From the NCBI GenBank assembly GCA_030390025.1, contig CM059431.1, positions 107,386,001 to 107,450,000 of the forward strand: a stretch of DNA of 64,000 nt, in the 5' to 3' direction. The notes under the pieces were generated by a model, which worked only from the letters and a program-made list of their open reading frames with translations, searched no databases and had not been told where the DNA came from. The translations under genes were made by a program, and so were the position numbers. This DNA is from Squalus acanthias (taxonomy: Eukaryota). Positions 1 to 13,322 of this stretch are shown here, in pieces. Numbering within the stretch: position 1 is the first letter of the stretch; every line of letters begins with the position of its first letter.

Positions 1-701
1 CTGGAAGGAATTTTTTGGTTTCATTTCTGATATAAATTCAAGTTCAAGTTACAAGGTTCTGTTAATTCACAAAATTCCAATATTGTAAGGGGTGACACGC
101 CTGTGGCTCTGTGCTTAGCCTGGGTGCTAGTGCGAGGTTAGGCCTTGTTGCCTGTTCTGGTCTCCAGCCAGCCTGGTAGCACTAGACACCTGTGAGTGGT
201 TCGACCCACTCGCCCTTACGGTTCTGACACTGGACTTAGGTGCGAGAGCAATGATGCAGAGAAAACTCAGGTAGACTCGGTTGAATAGTGCGAAATGGAA
301 AATCTTTATTGCATATTATTCAAGATTACGAAATACATGTCATAAGCACAGATTAATGACAGTACAATCTTACACGCAGTTATGTTGCTAATTTTAGGGA
401 AACGAGGAGCGCACGACACATCGTAAAAGGGGACACACATTACAATTATCCTTAAAACTTAAACCCTCCCCTATCAATACCTGTTCTAAACTAGATTTGT
501 AGGATCGAGACTCATGCTCACCACTCGTGATAACTCGGAGAATTCCGAAACTCTGCTCGGATGTTTTTCCTGCAGCACCTGACCACCCACGTGTTGATCA
601 GGGGTCTCTGTACCCCACTTGTTTACTCGTTTCTGCTCCGGCTAGCAGGCTGGACCGTCTGCTGTCGTGAAGATCTGTGTTGTCCTCGGAGTTCCGACAC
701 G

Positions 702-809
702 ACTCAAAAAATAGTCTTCCTGTGCCCTCGCACCGATGCGATAAAACTCGAAGAATGGTCTTCCTGTGCCCTCATGCCAGTTTGTAAAACTCAAAGAATG
801 GTCTTCCTG
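702..809. repeat. Three imperfect ~44-bp tandem repeats inside the LTR-like element
   Basis: ACTC(A/G)AA(A/G)AAT(A/G)GTCTTCCTG motif at 702, 746 and 789. Confidence 0.85.
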
Positions 810-890
810 GGCAAGGAAAATGTTTATTCGACCTACAGGCGCGGTCGGGGCTTACTGACCGTGGCGATACGTATTGTCGTCTTCTTCTCT

Positions 891-930
891 TCTCATCTCA
901 TCTCATCTCATCTCATCTCATCTCATCTCA
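891..930. repeat. (TCTCA)n microsatellite
   Basis: Direct reading. It produces the spurious SSHLISSHLI ORFs. Confidence 0.95.
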
Positions 931-2100
931 GGCCTTCGGTTCCAACACCGTTTACCGACTCCTCGGGATGGTGTGCCCGTTTCAAGGCTTCACAGCCCAG
1001 TTCTTCACAGATCTTCGCGGCAAGCCACGAGGTTGATCCTGGCGGATCAGAAAGTTCAATAGCCTTCCAGCAAGTCGAGCAGCAAGAGTCAGGATCCAAG
1101 AGTCAAGAGACAGATGGACGGTTGTACCTTACAGTTATAGTGCTGTAATTCCTCTTTTCCCGCCCAATCTTAATGTCTTTTCTTTTGTCAGGGTTTTGGC
1201 GCTCAAACTTCTTGTATAGGGTGATCTCCGTTTAATGGGTTTCGGTGATACTTGTAACTGCCTGAGTACCCGTTAATACTTCTCCCATTGTGTAACCGGT
1301 CAGTATTCTCCCTGGAGGGGTTTTTTGGGGCTTCCAAATGTTTCTGTAACTACCCGCAAACGGCTCTCTCATCGTAGAGTCGTGGGGATTTTGCATATTA
1401 ATGTCTTTGGATGGGTTCTTGATCGCTCGGTACAATAGCCCTTATTCGCACCTGGGAGACCGATTCCAGTATTTATGTGTAAAATGCAAACTCATTATGT
1501 CTTGTGAATTATCTCAAATGTGCTGAGTCTTGTCCGATCTCGCACAAATGTTTATTGGAACGCCATCTTGTCTGCTTATTGAAAAGTCTAGAACATTCTG
1601 CCACGAGGCGTGGCGGCCATTTTACAGGCTGCTTGTGTCCACTTTGAAAACCTGACAGCATTCTGCTGAAATAAAGCTGTTTGTACGAAACTATGTGTCT
1701 CCTCCTTATTATATAAAATCGCGATAATATTGCGAATTCTACAATATATGTTTCTGACTTGATAGAAAAAGGCCTGGAGCCATTGAAACAAAGGATGACT
1801 CAGAATTTAGATTAGCTGTCCGAAGGATAAATCTATTGAATCTGTTATCCAAATTAGTTATGAGACAAGGGATGGGGGTTGCATGGGGTGGGGGGTTAGC
1901 ACCTTCCACAGATGTTTACATTTGTAATGTTCAATTGATTTCCATTCAGAGGCATCAGCAGGGGGCTTAGCTCAACAGGTGAAGGATACTTCTCATTCAA
2001 GGTAATAACTTTGAGTAAAGCTTGGCGAGGCAATTCTCGACACATACAACTGAGTTGGTCTGTAGAAAATTTGAGTCTGGAACAGTCAGCGTGAGATACA

Positions 2101-2790
2101 GGGGGAGAAATTGGATTGTTTTGCACCTCTCGTTAATGCCCTAGTGCCCGGGCATGGCGCCGCTAACGTCTCCCATGAAATTCAGCGGTAGGTTAGCGAC
2201 GACGGTAGCCGGTAGCGCCCCGCTCCACTGGTGATGATGATGTCATCGCCGTGCGCAGCGCCCCGTTTGCGCCCCGGCCGCAAACTTCCCTTGCGCCCCC
2301 TGAACTATCGCCGGGCAATGGGATCGACAGGATCAGGGGACGGTTTTGCAGCGGGAGTAACGGGCGGCAGCACTACTTAAAGGGCAGATGTCGGTCGGCC
2401 AATTTTATTTTGGACGACTGCCAGCACCTGCCTACCTTTAACATTTCTATGCAGAGTGCCGACTGCGATCGTGCAGCCCGGCACTCCTCTTGAGTGCTGG
2501 GCTGTTGCCACGGCACCTCGCTCCCCGGTGGTCCGGCAGGGCCCTGGTGCGTGCAGCGCTAGGCCCCTCCCCTTTAATCAGGGGAGGAGGCCTGCACTGA
2601 CGTGGCACTACTTCACGTAGCGCCGTGACATTGAGTAGTAGCGCCCAAGAAGGAGGTGGAGCGCTCCACCTCCTTCTTGGGGTGCTACTACTGAATTTAT
2701 GGGGGAGGGGCACTAACTTTTTCGGGGTGCTAATTTTTGTGCCCCAGCGACATTAGGGCCCTAAAATGGGCGGCACCCAATTTTTCCCCC
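2101..2790. mobile_element. Non-autonomous PIF/Harbinger element (MITE)
   Basis: TIRs GGGGGAGAAATTGG / CCAATTTTTCCCCC, nearly identical to the 15603-19764 element. GC-rich subterminal TAGCGCC motifs. TSD not conserved. Confidence 0.85.
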
Positions 2791-4074
2791 TTTACTTTCT
2801 AAGGTTAGTGCCAGTTAGTTCACGGAGATTGAAGTCTTGTAAACCCATACCAAAAAGTGAAATTGTGCAATTTATTATTTTGATGTTAAATGGAACAATA
2901 AGGAATTGATTGATTGAATATGACTGGAAAACCGCATTTTGTTCATTCATATATTACATGTAAAATAAATCAGTTTGTTGGTTTAAAATTGGCCTAATCT
3001 CACTCGAGTGCTTTCGACTGCCTTCCGGAAGATAGGATTAACATATATGACAGCGTGTGCGAGATTACAGTACCCAGTACATGTAACAAGGGGTGTTACA
3101 GCCCCAGGATGCATTATCCCTTAGCGAGATATTGGGCAGTAAAGGTACTCTCCATATTGTATGGGACATGGGGTCCACTTATAGGAGTGCTGAGCCCAAA
3201 ATATATTTTGAAGACCTGAAATTTGTAATGATTTTTTCAAGGCCTTGTATATTAAAAATATATAAATCCACTGTACTAACTGTAATTTACTGAATTATGT
3301 AATAATATTTGCATTATATCAAAGTAAGTATCTGATCTCAGAGCCCACCTGATTATACTTGGCGATACATTATGCAAAAATTCACTTATTGTTACATGAT
3401 AGAAACTGGTATGTCACTGCCTATATTCTCTTTGTGATTAACTGGTCTGAAGTCACAGTTCATTGTTAAAAGTCCTGCAACACTTCAGAAAAATTGATTT
3501 TGTAATACATATATTCATTGTATAACTAGATTATGTAATATTTCTGATCAAATAGTTCAAAAGCAAAGGAAAAGTAGCATAAGCTGGTTACAGTCTACGA
3601 ACAGAATTCAACTGTCATGTTATTCACAAATAATTGGCAAAGCACCTGTCATGAAAATCTCTGCTTTTGACTATTCAAATTATTACCGTCACTTGAGCTA
3701 AATATGCTGACACTACCTGGTCAATTTGATTACCACCAGCCTCACAAAATATTTCTTTCTCCATGTTCCGACCAACAGCTCCCTTGGAAAAGTCGAGAAA
3801 GCTTTTCCTTACTTGTCTGGCACCTGTGAATTGAATGCGGGCGTTTGTGTCAGGGCATCTCCAACGTATCATGTGTGCGAACCGTAGGGCCATCACTCAT
3901 CTAAGAATGGGAAGGGCGAATCTCAGCTCCCAGTTCTACTCTTTACATTAAAAGGTAACTGGAGATATGAGAGAAAAGTATAAGAAAGGCAGGAAGGTTT
4001 TGTATTCTACTGATTGTGTATATACATATATGACCGTTTGCATAGACAAAGCTTGTAATCCCTTGAATACAGAA

Positions 4075-6148
4075 GGTTAAGGGTTGATCTAATTGAGGTG
4101 TTTAAGATGATTAAAGGATTTGATAGGGTAGATCGAGAGAAACAATTTCCTCTGGTGTGGGAGTTCAGAACAAGGGGGCATAATTTTAAAATTAGAGCTA
4201 AGCCATTCAGAGGTGATTAAATAGAATTTACAGCACAGAAACAGGCCATTCAGCCCAACTGGTCCATGCCGGTCTTTATGCTCCACACGAGCCTCTTCCT
4301 ACCCTTCTTCATCTCACCCCATCAGCCTATCCTTCTATTCCTTTCTCCCTCTTATGTTTTTCTAGTTTCCCTATAATGCATTTATGCTGGTCGGTTCAAT
4401 TACTTCCTGTGGCAGCGAGTTCCAAATTCTAACCACCCTCTGGGTGAAGAAGTTTCTCCTGAATTCCCTATTGGATTTATTAGTGACTGTCTTATATTTA
4501 TAGCCCCTAGTTCTGGTCTCCCCCACATGTGGAAACATCTTCATTACATCTACTTTATCAAACTCTTTCATAATCATAAAGACCTCTATCAGGTCACCCC
4601 TCAGTCTTCATTTATCTAGAGAAAAGAGCCCCAGCCTGTTCAATCTTTCCTGATAGGTATAATCTCTCAGTTATGGTATCAATCCAGTAAACCTTTTTTT
4701 TACCTTCTCCAGTGCCTCTATCCTTTTTATAATATGGAGACCAGAACTGTGCACAGTATTACTAATGTGGTCTAATCAATATTCTATACGAGTTTAGCAT
4801 AACTTCTCTGCTTTTCAATTCTATCCCGCTAGAAATGAATCCCAGTGCTTTGTTATGCTTTTTTATGGCTTTATTAAGCTGAGTTTCTACTAGAGTTTAG
4901 AAGAATGAGAGGGGATCTCATTGAAACGTATACAATTCTGACAGGGCTAGACAGACTGGATGCAGGGAGGATGTTTCCCCTGGCTTGGGGGGTCTAGAAC
5001 GAGGGGGTCACAGTCTCAGGATACGGGGTAGGACATTTAGGACTGAGATGAGGAGAAATTTCTTCACTCAGAGGGTGGTGAACCTGTGGAATTCTCTACC
5101 ACAGAAGGCTGTGGAGGCCAAGTCACTGAATATATTTAAGAAGGAGAAAGATAGATTTCTAGACATAAAAGGCATCAAGGGTTATGGGGAGAGAGCGGGA
5201 ATATGGTATTGAGATAGAGGATCGGCCATGATCATATTGAATGGCAGAGCAGGCTCGAAGGGCCGAATGGCCTACTCCTGCTCCTATTTTTCTATCTTTC
5301 TATGTTTTAGTGATTTGTGTATCTGTACTCCCAGATTCTCTTCTCCTCTATCCCATTTAGACACTATGGCTGGAATTTTGCCTACCTGGGTGGGATCCGA
5401 TGTGGGCGGTGGCCATGTCGGGTCCCGACCCCGCTGCTGAAAATGAACTTACTTTAATGGGGCCTATTAAACCCACCCGGCACATTACCTGGCCCAATGA
5501 GATTGAGCGGCTCTGGTGACGTCATTCATGACGCGTTTTCAGCCGGGTTCTTTAAAGGGAACATGGCCACATTACATTTGAAGTTTCATCTAACAAAGTG
5601 CGGTCAGTGCACTGCAGCATTGGAGTGCTGCAAACACTGACAATGACAGCACAGAGGCAGAGGGCTGCACCCAGGTTCTCCGATGACTCCCTCCATATGC
5701 TTATGGAGGGAGTCAGAGCACACAGGGAGGTTTCCCCTCCGATGGGCGGAAGAGACCTCCCCGGGAGACCAAGACAGCTTGGTTGCAGATTGCAGAGGAG
5801 ATCAGAAGCAGGGATGTGTTCAGGAGGACCACTCTCTTATCTTCTCTTAGTTTAATTAGTTTATCAATTAGCTCCCTGTTTCTTTCTTACATGTTTTTCT
5901 ATCTTTTTTGATGTCATGAAGCGCTTTTTCACACAAAGGTTAGTGGAAACCTAAAACATCTCCCCCAAAAAGCTGTTGACACAAAGTCAATTGAAAATTT
6001 CAAAACTGAGATAGATTTTTTAATGCTATTAAGGGTTACAGTACCAAGGAGGGTAGATGGTGTTGAGATACAGATCAGCCATGATCTAATTCAATGGCGG
6101 AACAGGCTCGAGGGGCTGAATGTCCTACTCCTGTTTGTATGTTCCTAT
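4075..6148. mobile_element. Nested CR1 cluster: CR1(+) 4075-4217 resuming ~5910-6148; CR1(-) ~4224-5362; CR1(+) ~4891-5307
   Basis: CR1 ORF2 C-terminal motifs ([20 protein letters not shown]) and CR1 3' UTRs with TTCTATGT-type tails. Confidence 0.85.
5368..5830 (+). mobile_element. Harbinger fragment with Myb/SANT-like gene 5' remnant
   Basis: Starts with TIR-like GGCTGGAATTTTG. From 5643 it reads MTAQRQRAAPRFSDDSLHMLMEGVRAHREV, matching the RAQRFTERALDALVGAVARRR start of the Myb-like gene at 19406. Confidence 0.7.
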
Positions 6149-7666
6149 GAAGGAACTGTTGTCTCCCAGACAGGATTATGTTTAAATAGCTTGCACTCTG
6201 TTGTCGAAATACTTTGGATTTGGCTTATTTGAAATTGGTCCCGCATTGCAAGTTTTGCTTTTTAATAATTCAGAAGCAATAATTGTTTTAATTCAAGAAT
6301 AAAGAGACACTTCCTTCTGTAGCTTCCATGTTGAAATGCTGTTGCCAGGCATCAATAGATATTATTAATATTTCTGAACCAATCCCCTTGATAAAATTTG
6401 ATGGAAATTTTAAAAAGCTGAAACATGGGGTCTTATTTTAAGATTTGCACATATCACTGGTGTGCCTCCCGTACCCTTTGATGGCTGAATGAACGAAACA
6501 AAAAACTGAAGCAATGTTTGAAAAAGATCTACCAAGGTGAACATTATTTATGGAGTTATTTTTTTTTATTGTAGGCAGTCCATTCTATAATTGCTTACTT
6601 CAAGGCCATAGTTTGACCTTTTATTCATTGCGATGTGGTTGCGCTAGAAGTGCTTTATCCCATCACAGATTTACTGCAATCCACTTGCATGCTGTATCAG
6701 GAAAAAAACAGAATTACACAAAGGGGGCAATTTACTGGATGTGATTGCACCAGAGGTTATTGGACAGAGATGTGGGGGATGGGAGGATAAATTCAAAGAC
6801 CCTCGTTTATTTTTCGTGCTGTCACTATTATATGAGTGGCAGGTTCTTGGCTTCTCATGCAGTCCATTATCAGAGAATTCAGAACAGCAAATTGCACAGT
6901 GACAAGAAACTCACCGGATCAACATTGCATATGTGTGTGTCGTAACAAAAAAAAAAACCAAGGCTGCAGTCAGATGGAATTTTTGCACTGCGGTAATAAA
7001 CAAAAGGGCCAAAAAAAATTGTTATTGATAACAGCTTAATCCCATAGGATTGCTGGGATGACTGTGATGCAGGAAAGTTAAGTCCTTTTAGATTTCAATC
7101 TGTGTTACAGAATTTTAAAGAAAGATGTGGTTAGTCACAAGAAGTGAATGGTGCAATTTATCAGCAAAGTGCTGACAGCCTACAAGTCCCACAGGCCGTG
7201 GCTCAGGAAACGGGCAAAAGTTATGGAATCAAAAGTCCATTTAGAAAATGGCTTAGCTCACAATAATGTGGAAATTGACTAAATCTTGGAATTGTAATTA
7301 AAAGAAAGGAACTTGCGGGAAACCTACGCCATTGGAATGACGTATCTACGTCAGTGGGTCCGTTCTCCAGTGCAAAAAGTCTGAGAAAATTATGGCGTAA
7401 GTGAGTTATGCCGCTATTCAGGCTACGCTATAATTTCCTGGGACTTTTGCACCGCCCCGCTGAATCCCTCACCGGAAACGGTGAAAGGTTGATTAACATA
7501 GCTCAATCGCAAATTCCCTGGATTTACGCTAGTTTTCTTGCCGCAAGATACAGGTGGGCCCTTGGTCACATGGTAGTAACTTGATTCATGGCTCCCACAT
7601 GATTCACACCCTTGGAGGACCATTAAAGCTTTGGAACTTCATGTCTGCAGTCTAGAATTGATCTCG

Positions 7667-7980
7667 CAGCTCCCACAAACAGCAATTTGATAATGACCAG
7701 ATCATCTGTTTTTTTTTAGTGACGTTGATTGAGGGCTAAATATTGGCCAGGACATCGGGGATAACTCTCCTGCTCTTCTTCAAAATAGTGCCATGGGATC
7801 TTTTACGTCCACCTGAGAGAGCAGATGGGACCTTGGTTTTACATCCCATCCAAAAGACAGCACCTCCAACAGTGCAGCACTGGAATGTCAACCTAGATTT
7901 TTGTGCTCAAGTCTCTGGAGTGGGACTTGAACCCACTACCTTCTGACCCAGAGGCAAGAGTGTTACCCACTGAGCCACAG
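7667..7980 (-). mobile_element. tRNA-derived DeuSINE-like SINE, 3'-truncated
   Basis: Reverse complement matches the SINE at 38265 (GTGGCTCAG..GGTA A-box, GGTTCAAGTCC B-box, core). Confidence 0.85.
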
Positions 7981-8399
7981 TGGACACTGGACCTTTGGGC
8001 TACCTAGACAGATTGAGGGAGGGAAGGGGGTATGGCGGGGAAGAGGTTCTACAGTACACCCCACCCCCACCCCCGATAAGGTGGCGAAGATTGTAAAAGT
8101 GTACTGCACCCTGCGAGAAGGACTCAGCCTACACTTAAGCAGACAAGAGTCCATGGAACCGAAGCATCCCAATCTGCATGTCCCCAAGCCCAGGGGTAAT
8201 AGTGTTCAGTGGAGAGCCATGCTCATAGCTGACAAGGCAGCCAGAGAGCAGCTGGTGGCACAGATTTTCAGAAAACATAATAGATTCTTACATTATATTC
8301 TGGTCAGCTATTAACACTTGATGTAGGGAATAGTGCACAAAGCATTCCTCACCTTGATAAGGCCAAAGATGCTCATTGTGTGGAAATGTACCCTCAAGA

Positions 8400-8760
8400 A
8401 CATAGAATCATATAGCAGAGGAGGTCATTTGGCCCATCGTGCCTGTGCCGGCTCTTTGAAAGAGCTCTCCAATTAGTCCCACTCCCCTGCTCTTACCCCA
8501 CAGCCCTGCATTTTTTTTTCCTTTTCAAGTATATATCCAACTCCCTTTTGAAAGTTACTATTGAATCTGCCTCCACCACACTTTCAGGCAATGAATTCCA
8601 GATCATAACAACTCGCTGCGTAAAAAAAAAAAAAATCTCCTCCACTCCCCTCTGGTTCTTTTGCCAATTACCTTAAATCTGTGTCCTCTGGTTACCGACC
8701 CTCCTGCCAGTGGAAACCGTTTCTCCTTATTTACTCTATCAAAAACCCTTCATAATTTTG
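8400..8760 (-). mobile_element. CR1 LINE 3' fragment
   Basis: Similar to CR1 3' ends at 37143 and 39755; ATAGAATCAT tail. Confidence 0.85.
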
Positions 8761-9034
8761 ACATCTGACTAATTTCAATGCAAGAATGGCTCAACGTAAT
8801 GAAAATGACCAATTTGTGGTAGAAGTTTCCAGTTGTCGTTTCAATTGTTCCAACTTAAGATTTCTTATTCCTGTAAAGGAAATAAAAGGAGAATTCCAAC
8901 AAAATATCAGAACAGCATGCAGGTATTTTCCAGATGCCCACAAGTTGCTATCAACTGAGGCACAACTTTTGTACAATTCACTGCAAAGATATGCATAAAT
9001 TCATCTGTCACCATCTTTTGTAATATGTTTGTTT

Positions 9035-9407
9035 GCAAATTCCTCCATGGCCTCACCCCTCCCTCTCTCTGTAATCTCCTCCAGCCCCACAACCCTCCGA
9101 GATATCTGCGCTCCTCTAATTCTGCTCTCTTGAGCATCGCCGATTTTCATCGCTCCACCATTGGTGGCCGTGCCTTCAGCTGCCTGGGCCCTAAGCTCTG
9201 GAATTCCCTCCCTAAACCTCTCTGCCTCTCTTCCTCTCTTTCGTCATTTAAAACGCTCCTTAAAACCTACCACTTTGACCAAGCTATTGGCCATCTGCCC
9301 TAATATCTCCTTATGTGGCTCGGTGTCAAATTTTGTTTTATAACGCTACTGTGAAGCGCCTTGGGATGTTTTACTGCATTAAAGGCGCTGTATAAATACA
9401 AGTTGTT
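9035..9407 (+). mobile_element. L2 LINE 3' fragment
   Basis: Encodes LHGLTP..LRSS..GGRAFSCLGPKLWNSLP..FKTLLKTY; (TTG)n tail. Confidence 0.9.
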
Positions 9408-11556
9408 GTCGATACACTTAAGAAAATAATGTTACTTGTATTATTCGGAAGCTGACGTGACCATGGAGCTCATTTCTTCTGTGAGCATAGAGAGTTGACA
9501 TGTTACTGTAGAAACTGCAATTAAAGTCCCTGGAGGTTGTCTCTTCCGAAGCTGTTGGTTGAGCTTTACTAAAACATGCTGCATGTTGGGATTCTGCAGC
9601 AGAAATTATATACAACAGCAAAATGACTGCGGACGCTGGCAGTCTGATATAAGTTCAGATTTTGTATATTAAATAATTGCAGAAATTATACAGCTTTGCA
9701 GCTAGGCTTTATAAATTTGCAGCAAAAGTGAGATTGCAATTCATAAAACAGTTGTAGTTTTGTTCAAACTTACCTTTTTTTTCCTACTTTTTAGAAGCAA
9801 AGGCAATCTTTGTACAGTGACTGTACTTCATTCCTTACTGTCACTGTTTCTTAGTTAACTTAGCATCCTTTACTTACATGTGAATTATTCATGGCATGAG
9901 GCTACTGTGACACTGGTTCACTTACCCACTATCTGATACAACACTTTCTGTAACAGTAATGAATGTCTCTCTGAAGACCAAATAAATGCAGAATGACTCC
10001 AAAGAGTCTGAAAGACAAAACATTAAGGACTTTGCTGAGCTCAAGTAAACCCATTTACTCTGCCCATACAAACTGAAATAAATAACAATGTGAGGATCTG
10101 AACTTTCGCTAACAGTCCGTGTGCTACTGACTAAGTTCACAGAGTTGGCTTTCAGCTGTATTAGTGCCACAGGCTCAACAGAGAGCTACCACTGTGGGTC
10201 AGTGAGCCGGAGACCAGTCAACAAAGGGCTCACTCAGTTGTGCAATGTGTTGCTGTTTCTTCTGTTCCTCCACTTCATATCTGCGCTGGCCTTCCATCTC
10301 ATCAGCCTTAAGATTACAGCATTACTTTTGGCTTCTTGAGCTTGTGACCGTCCTTCTGTTCTCCAAGGCATCCAGCTTCAGCCCTTCTAACTGGTTTACC
10401 TACTCCTTGTCTTTTTTTTTCTTCTCTGCTGCCAATCTGGCCAGTTCGAGCTTTGTGTCTAAGTCTTTCTGAGTCCTTGTAGACATTTTTTTGAATATTG
10501 CTCTCCGCTACGGTTCAAATAACTTCAAATTTAAAACCTTTGGATAGTCTTTGGTGTTTGAGCAATATCCAATTCCAACTTTTGCTGCCACCACCCTTAG
10601 GTTTTTGCTTTTTTTTACACTGAGTATCTTCCTCGGCTTCAGCATCACAGATCTTTCCTGTATTGGAGTTGTTGCTCCATGCGATCTACAGTATGCTTTT
10701 ACTTACCCAATATCTAGATAAATGTGGTGAGCCCAGAGAACCCTGGTCATGGCATTTTTGTTTGCCAGATGTATCACCTGTCCTCATGTGGGTTCTTCAT
10801 CCTCAGTACATGGAATCATAAACATTTGATTAGACTGTGCTTGAGGCTAAAATCAACTAAAAGAAAGACTTGCATTTATATAACGCCTTTCACAACCTCA
10901 GGACGCGCCAAAGCACTTTACAGCCAATGAAGTAACTTTGAAATGTAATCACAGTTGTAATGTAGGAAACATTTAGACACATTTATTGGACACTAAGCAG
11001 ATAAAAAAAACATATTATACACAGCAACAGATCTACAATAAATACAGTATTTACTACTCCTCAGAATATCAAAACTAGAAACACTGCTCCTGTGCTAACC
11101 CTCACTGAGAACAGGGATGAAAGCGCAGTCCCTGACTGGTGATGATAAGTGTCTTTCAACCCAAACTTTTTTGTTCCACTTATAGTGGTTCAGTGCTGAC
11201 TGACCTACAGATGCTCTAGCCTACCTCAATCTATGACTGCTAACTGAGACGGAGGTCAATCTCATTATCTTCAAAATCCTTTGAACAAAAAAAATTAAGA
11301 ATAAAAATGCATCCCTGAAGCTTTGTCAGTGCTGCCAGTCAAATATGTATTATTAAAAGATGTTTGTATTTGAATTGATTGGTTTGGCACCGAACTGAGG
11401 AACAAATGATGTTCTCCCATTTGAATACTGCTGGAAGAATCCAAGTATTGCCTGTTAGTAACTGCTGCAGTAAAAAAGAAAAAGCATGTTAATTTTTGTT
11501 GCAGCAGGACAAGAAGCTTCGGAGACTGGGGTGATGTCAAGTAGAAGCGTTATATT

Positions 11557-12290
11557 GGCCCTAAAATTGCAGACTCCCTGACGCGTACTCTCATCATCAT
11601 AATCCATTTGAAAGGTCCTGCAACTTCCGGGTTTCCGCATGCACTTGCACATGTGAAAAATCCAGAACTTGTGATCTGTCAAGGTAGGTATGCCTTGAAA
11701 AGATCATCTGAACCGACTGTATAATGAGTATCGCTGGCGCAAATAGCCCAACAACTGCCCAGAAATTTCCCACAGAACTCTTACGGCTGATAAAAGCAGG
11801 CCTTCTTTCATCAACGTAAAGGTTTATATAAGTCTTAAATTAAATACTTAAAAGTCAAAAATGATGCACATACACTTTAAATTTGTTTATGCAAGTATTG
11901 GCCCAGGTTAAGATGTTTAAAATTATTTATCAAAAAATTAAATTTTTATTGGGGTTGGTGCAATGAAGGAACTTACGATTAAAATTGAAATTCAGTACAT
12001 TTATATTTATTAGAATTCTGTACATTGTATAATTATGTGGGGATTCCATGGCATATCATTAGGGGATTCCATTCTTAAATGATTGCAATGGAATCCTCCT
12101 TTGTGATTGGGGGACCAGGCCCACGTGAACCACCTGCGTCCCTGGGATCCGTGGGCCTTTACGCTGCCGTCTGCCTGGAGGCCCGAGACTGGAACTCTCC
12201 ACAGCCTGGACGCCTGGAGGTAGGTTCGGATTTGTTTCCCAGCTCGCAATCGTACTCCGGAAGTATGCCTCCGACCGCAATTTGTACCCT
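11557..12290. mobile_element. Degenerate Harbinger-type MITE
   Basis: GGCCCTAAAATTGC ... GCAATTTGTACCCT, flanked by ATT on both sides. Internal similarity to 50156-50920 and 53124-53850. Confidence 0.65.
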
Positions 12291-13089
12291 ATTATGTTTA
12301 GAGCTAGTAATAAGACATACTGCTGCTGAGAAAGGAAGGGATGCTGAGATCAGTCCAAAGCAGGGTGACAGTTTTGCCAATTCCAGAAATAGATGGGAGA
12401 GGCAGGGGTGCATATTTATGATATGGGGCCGGGCTTTGGAATGGAGTTCAGAATTCCAATATTTATAATTGATTGGTTTAACATTTGGAAAATATTAACT
12501 CCGTGCACGAAAAAGTTTGTGTGAATTTGCAATACTTGTTTCTAGACTTTTCTCTGTGCTTGTGTCTGTCTGGTACCTGGAACGTGTGTGTTTGTGTTTG
12601 TGTTTGTGTGTGTGGGGAGTGGAAATGGGGAAGGGAGGGAAGGGCTTAACTCGAGAAGGTTGTGTGTGAGGAGGAGCGGGAGTCTCCACTCTCTGGAAAA
12701 GTGTGCTTTTTAACTTTAGCCGGAGGCATTGGCTCAAATTGGGGGAGGGAATAACCATAGAAAGGACAAAGATTCTCTGCCCGCCCTGTCCACGCACCAC
12801 CACCCCACCACCCCACCACCCCAAAAAGATAAACGCCAAGGAAATAGGACATTTTGAATTCCATGTGTGATCTTCAGTGACTTTTAAAAAATACCATTAA
12901 AACTATACCAAGACTGTAACAATAGTGGAAGTTAAGAGACTGTTCCATGATCCTAGACAATTGAACTTTTCACAGTGGACAGAAACCTTTTAAAATGATC
13001 TTCAGGTCACCTGCAATATTATCAACATGAGATTCTTTGAAGGATAAGTTAAATTGTGCAGTTTTGTTGGATAATTAAAGTGCTGATAT

Positions 13090-13322
13090 TGACGGCCGTG
13101 ACTTCAGCTGCCGAGGCCCTAAACGCTTGAATTCCCTCCCTAACCCTCTCCGCCTCTCTCTCCTCCTTTATGGTGCTCCTTAAAACCTATCTCTCTGACC
13201 AAGCTTTTGGTCACCTGTCCTAATATCTCCTTCTGTGGCTCGGTGTCGAGTTCTGTTTGATTATGCTCTTGTGATGTTTTACTATGTTAAAGGCACTATA
13301 TAAATGCAAGTTGTTGTTGTTG
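13090..13322 (+). mobile_element. L2 LINE 3' fragment
   Basis: Same 3' UTR and (TTG)n tail as 9035-9407. Confidence 0.85.

Larger units (their letters stand above)
84..1743 (-). mobile_element. Solo LTR-like element (ERV/Gypsy type), 1660 bp
   Basis: Starts TGTA (84) and ends TACA (1743), flanked by 4-bp direct repeat ATAT (80-83 / 1744-1747). CpG-rich relative to the flanks. Minus-strand AATAAA at 310-305, YY1-like CGCCATCTTG at 1561. No retroviral ORF. Strand is inferred. Confidence 0.65.

Noticed and set aside
702..809. CRISPR-like repeat-spacer pattern
   Set aside because: Only three imperfect units with short, related spacers; eukaryotic context and no cas genes
561..1148. 195-aa ORF in the LTR-like element
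   Set aside because: Runs through tandem repeats and a microsatellite; no recognisable domain
3675..3896. 73-aa minus-strand ORF as a host exon
   Set aside because: No recognisable homology, weak splice signals, no linked exons
10250..10600. Minus-strand coiled-coil-like frame (KLELARLAAEKKKK) after a PBS-like GGTGGCAGC
   Set aside because: Could be an old Gypsy gag remnant, but it has multiple stops and no LTR or pol support
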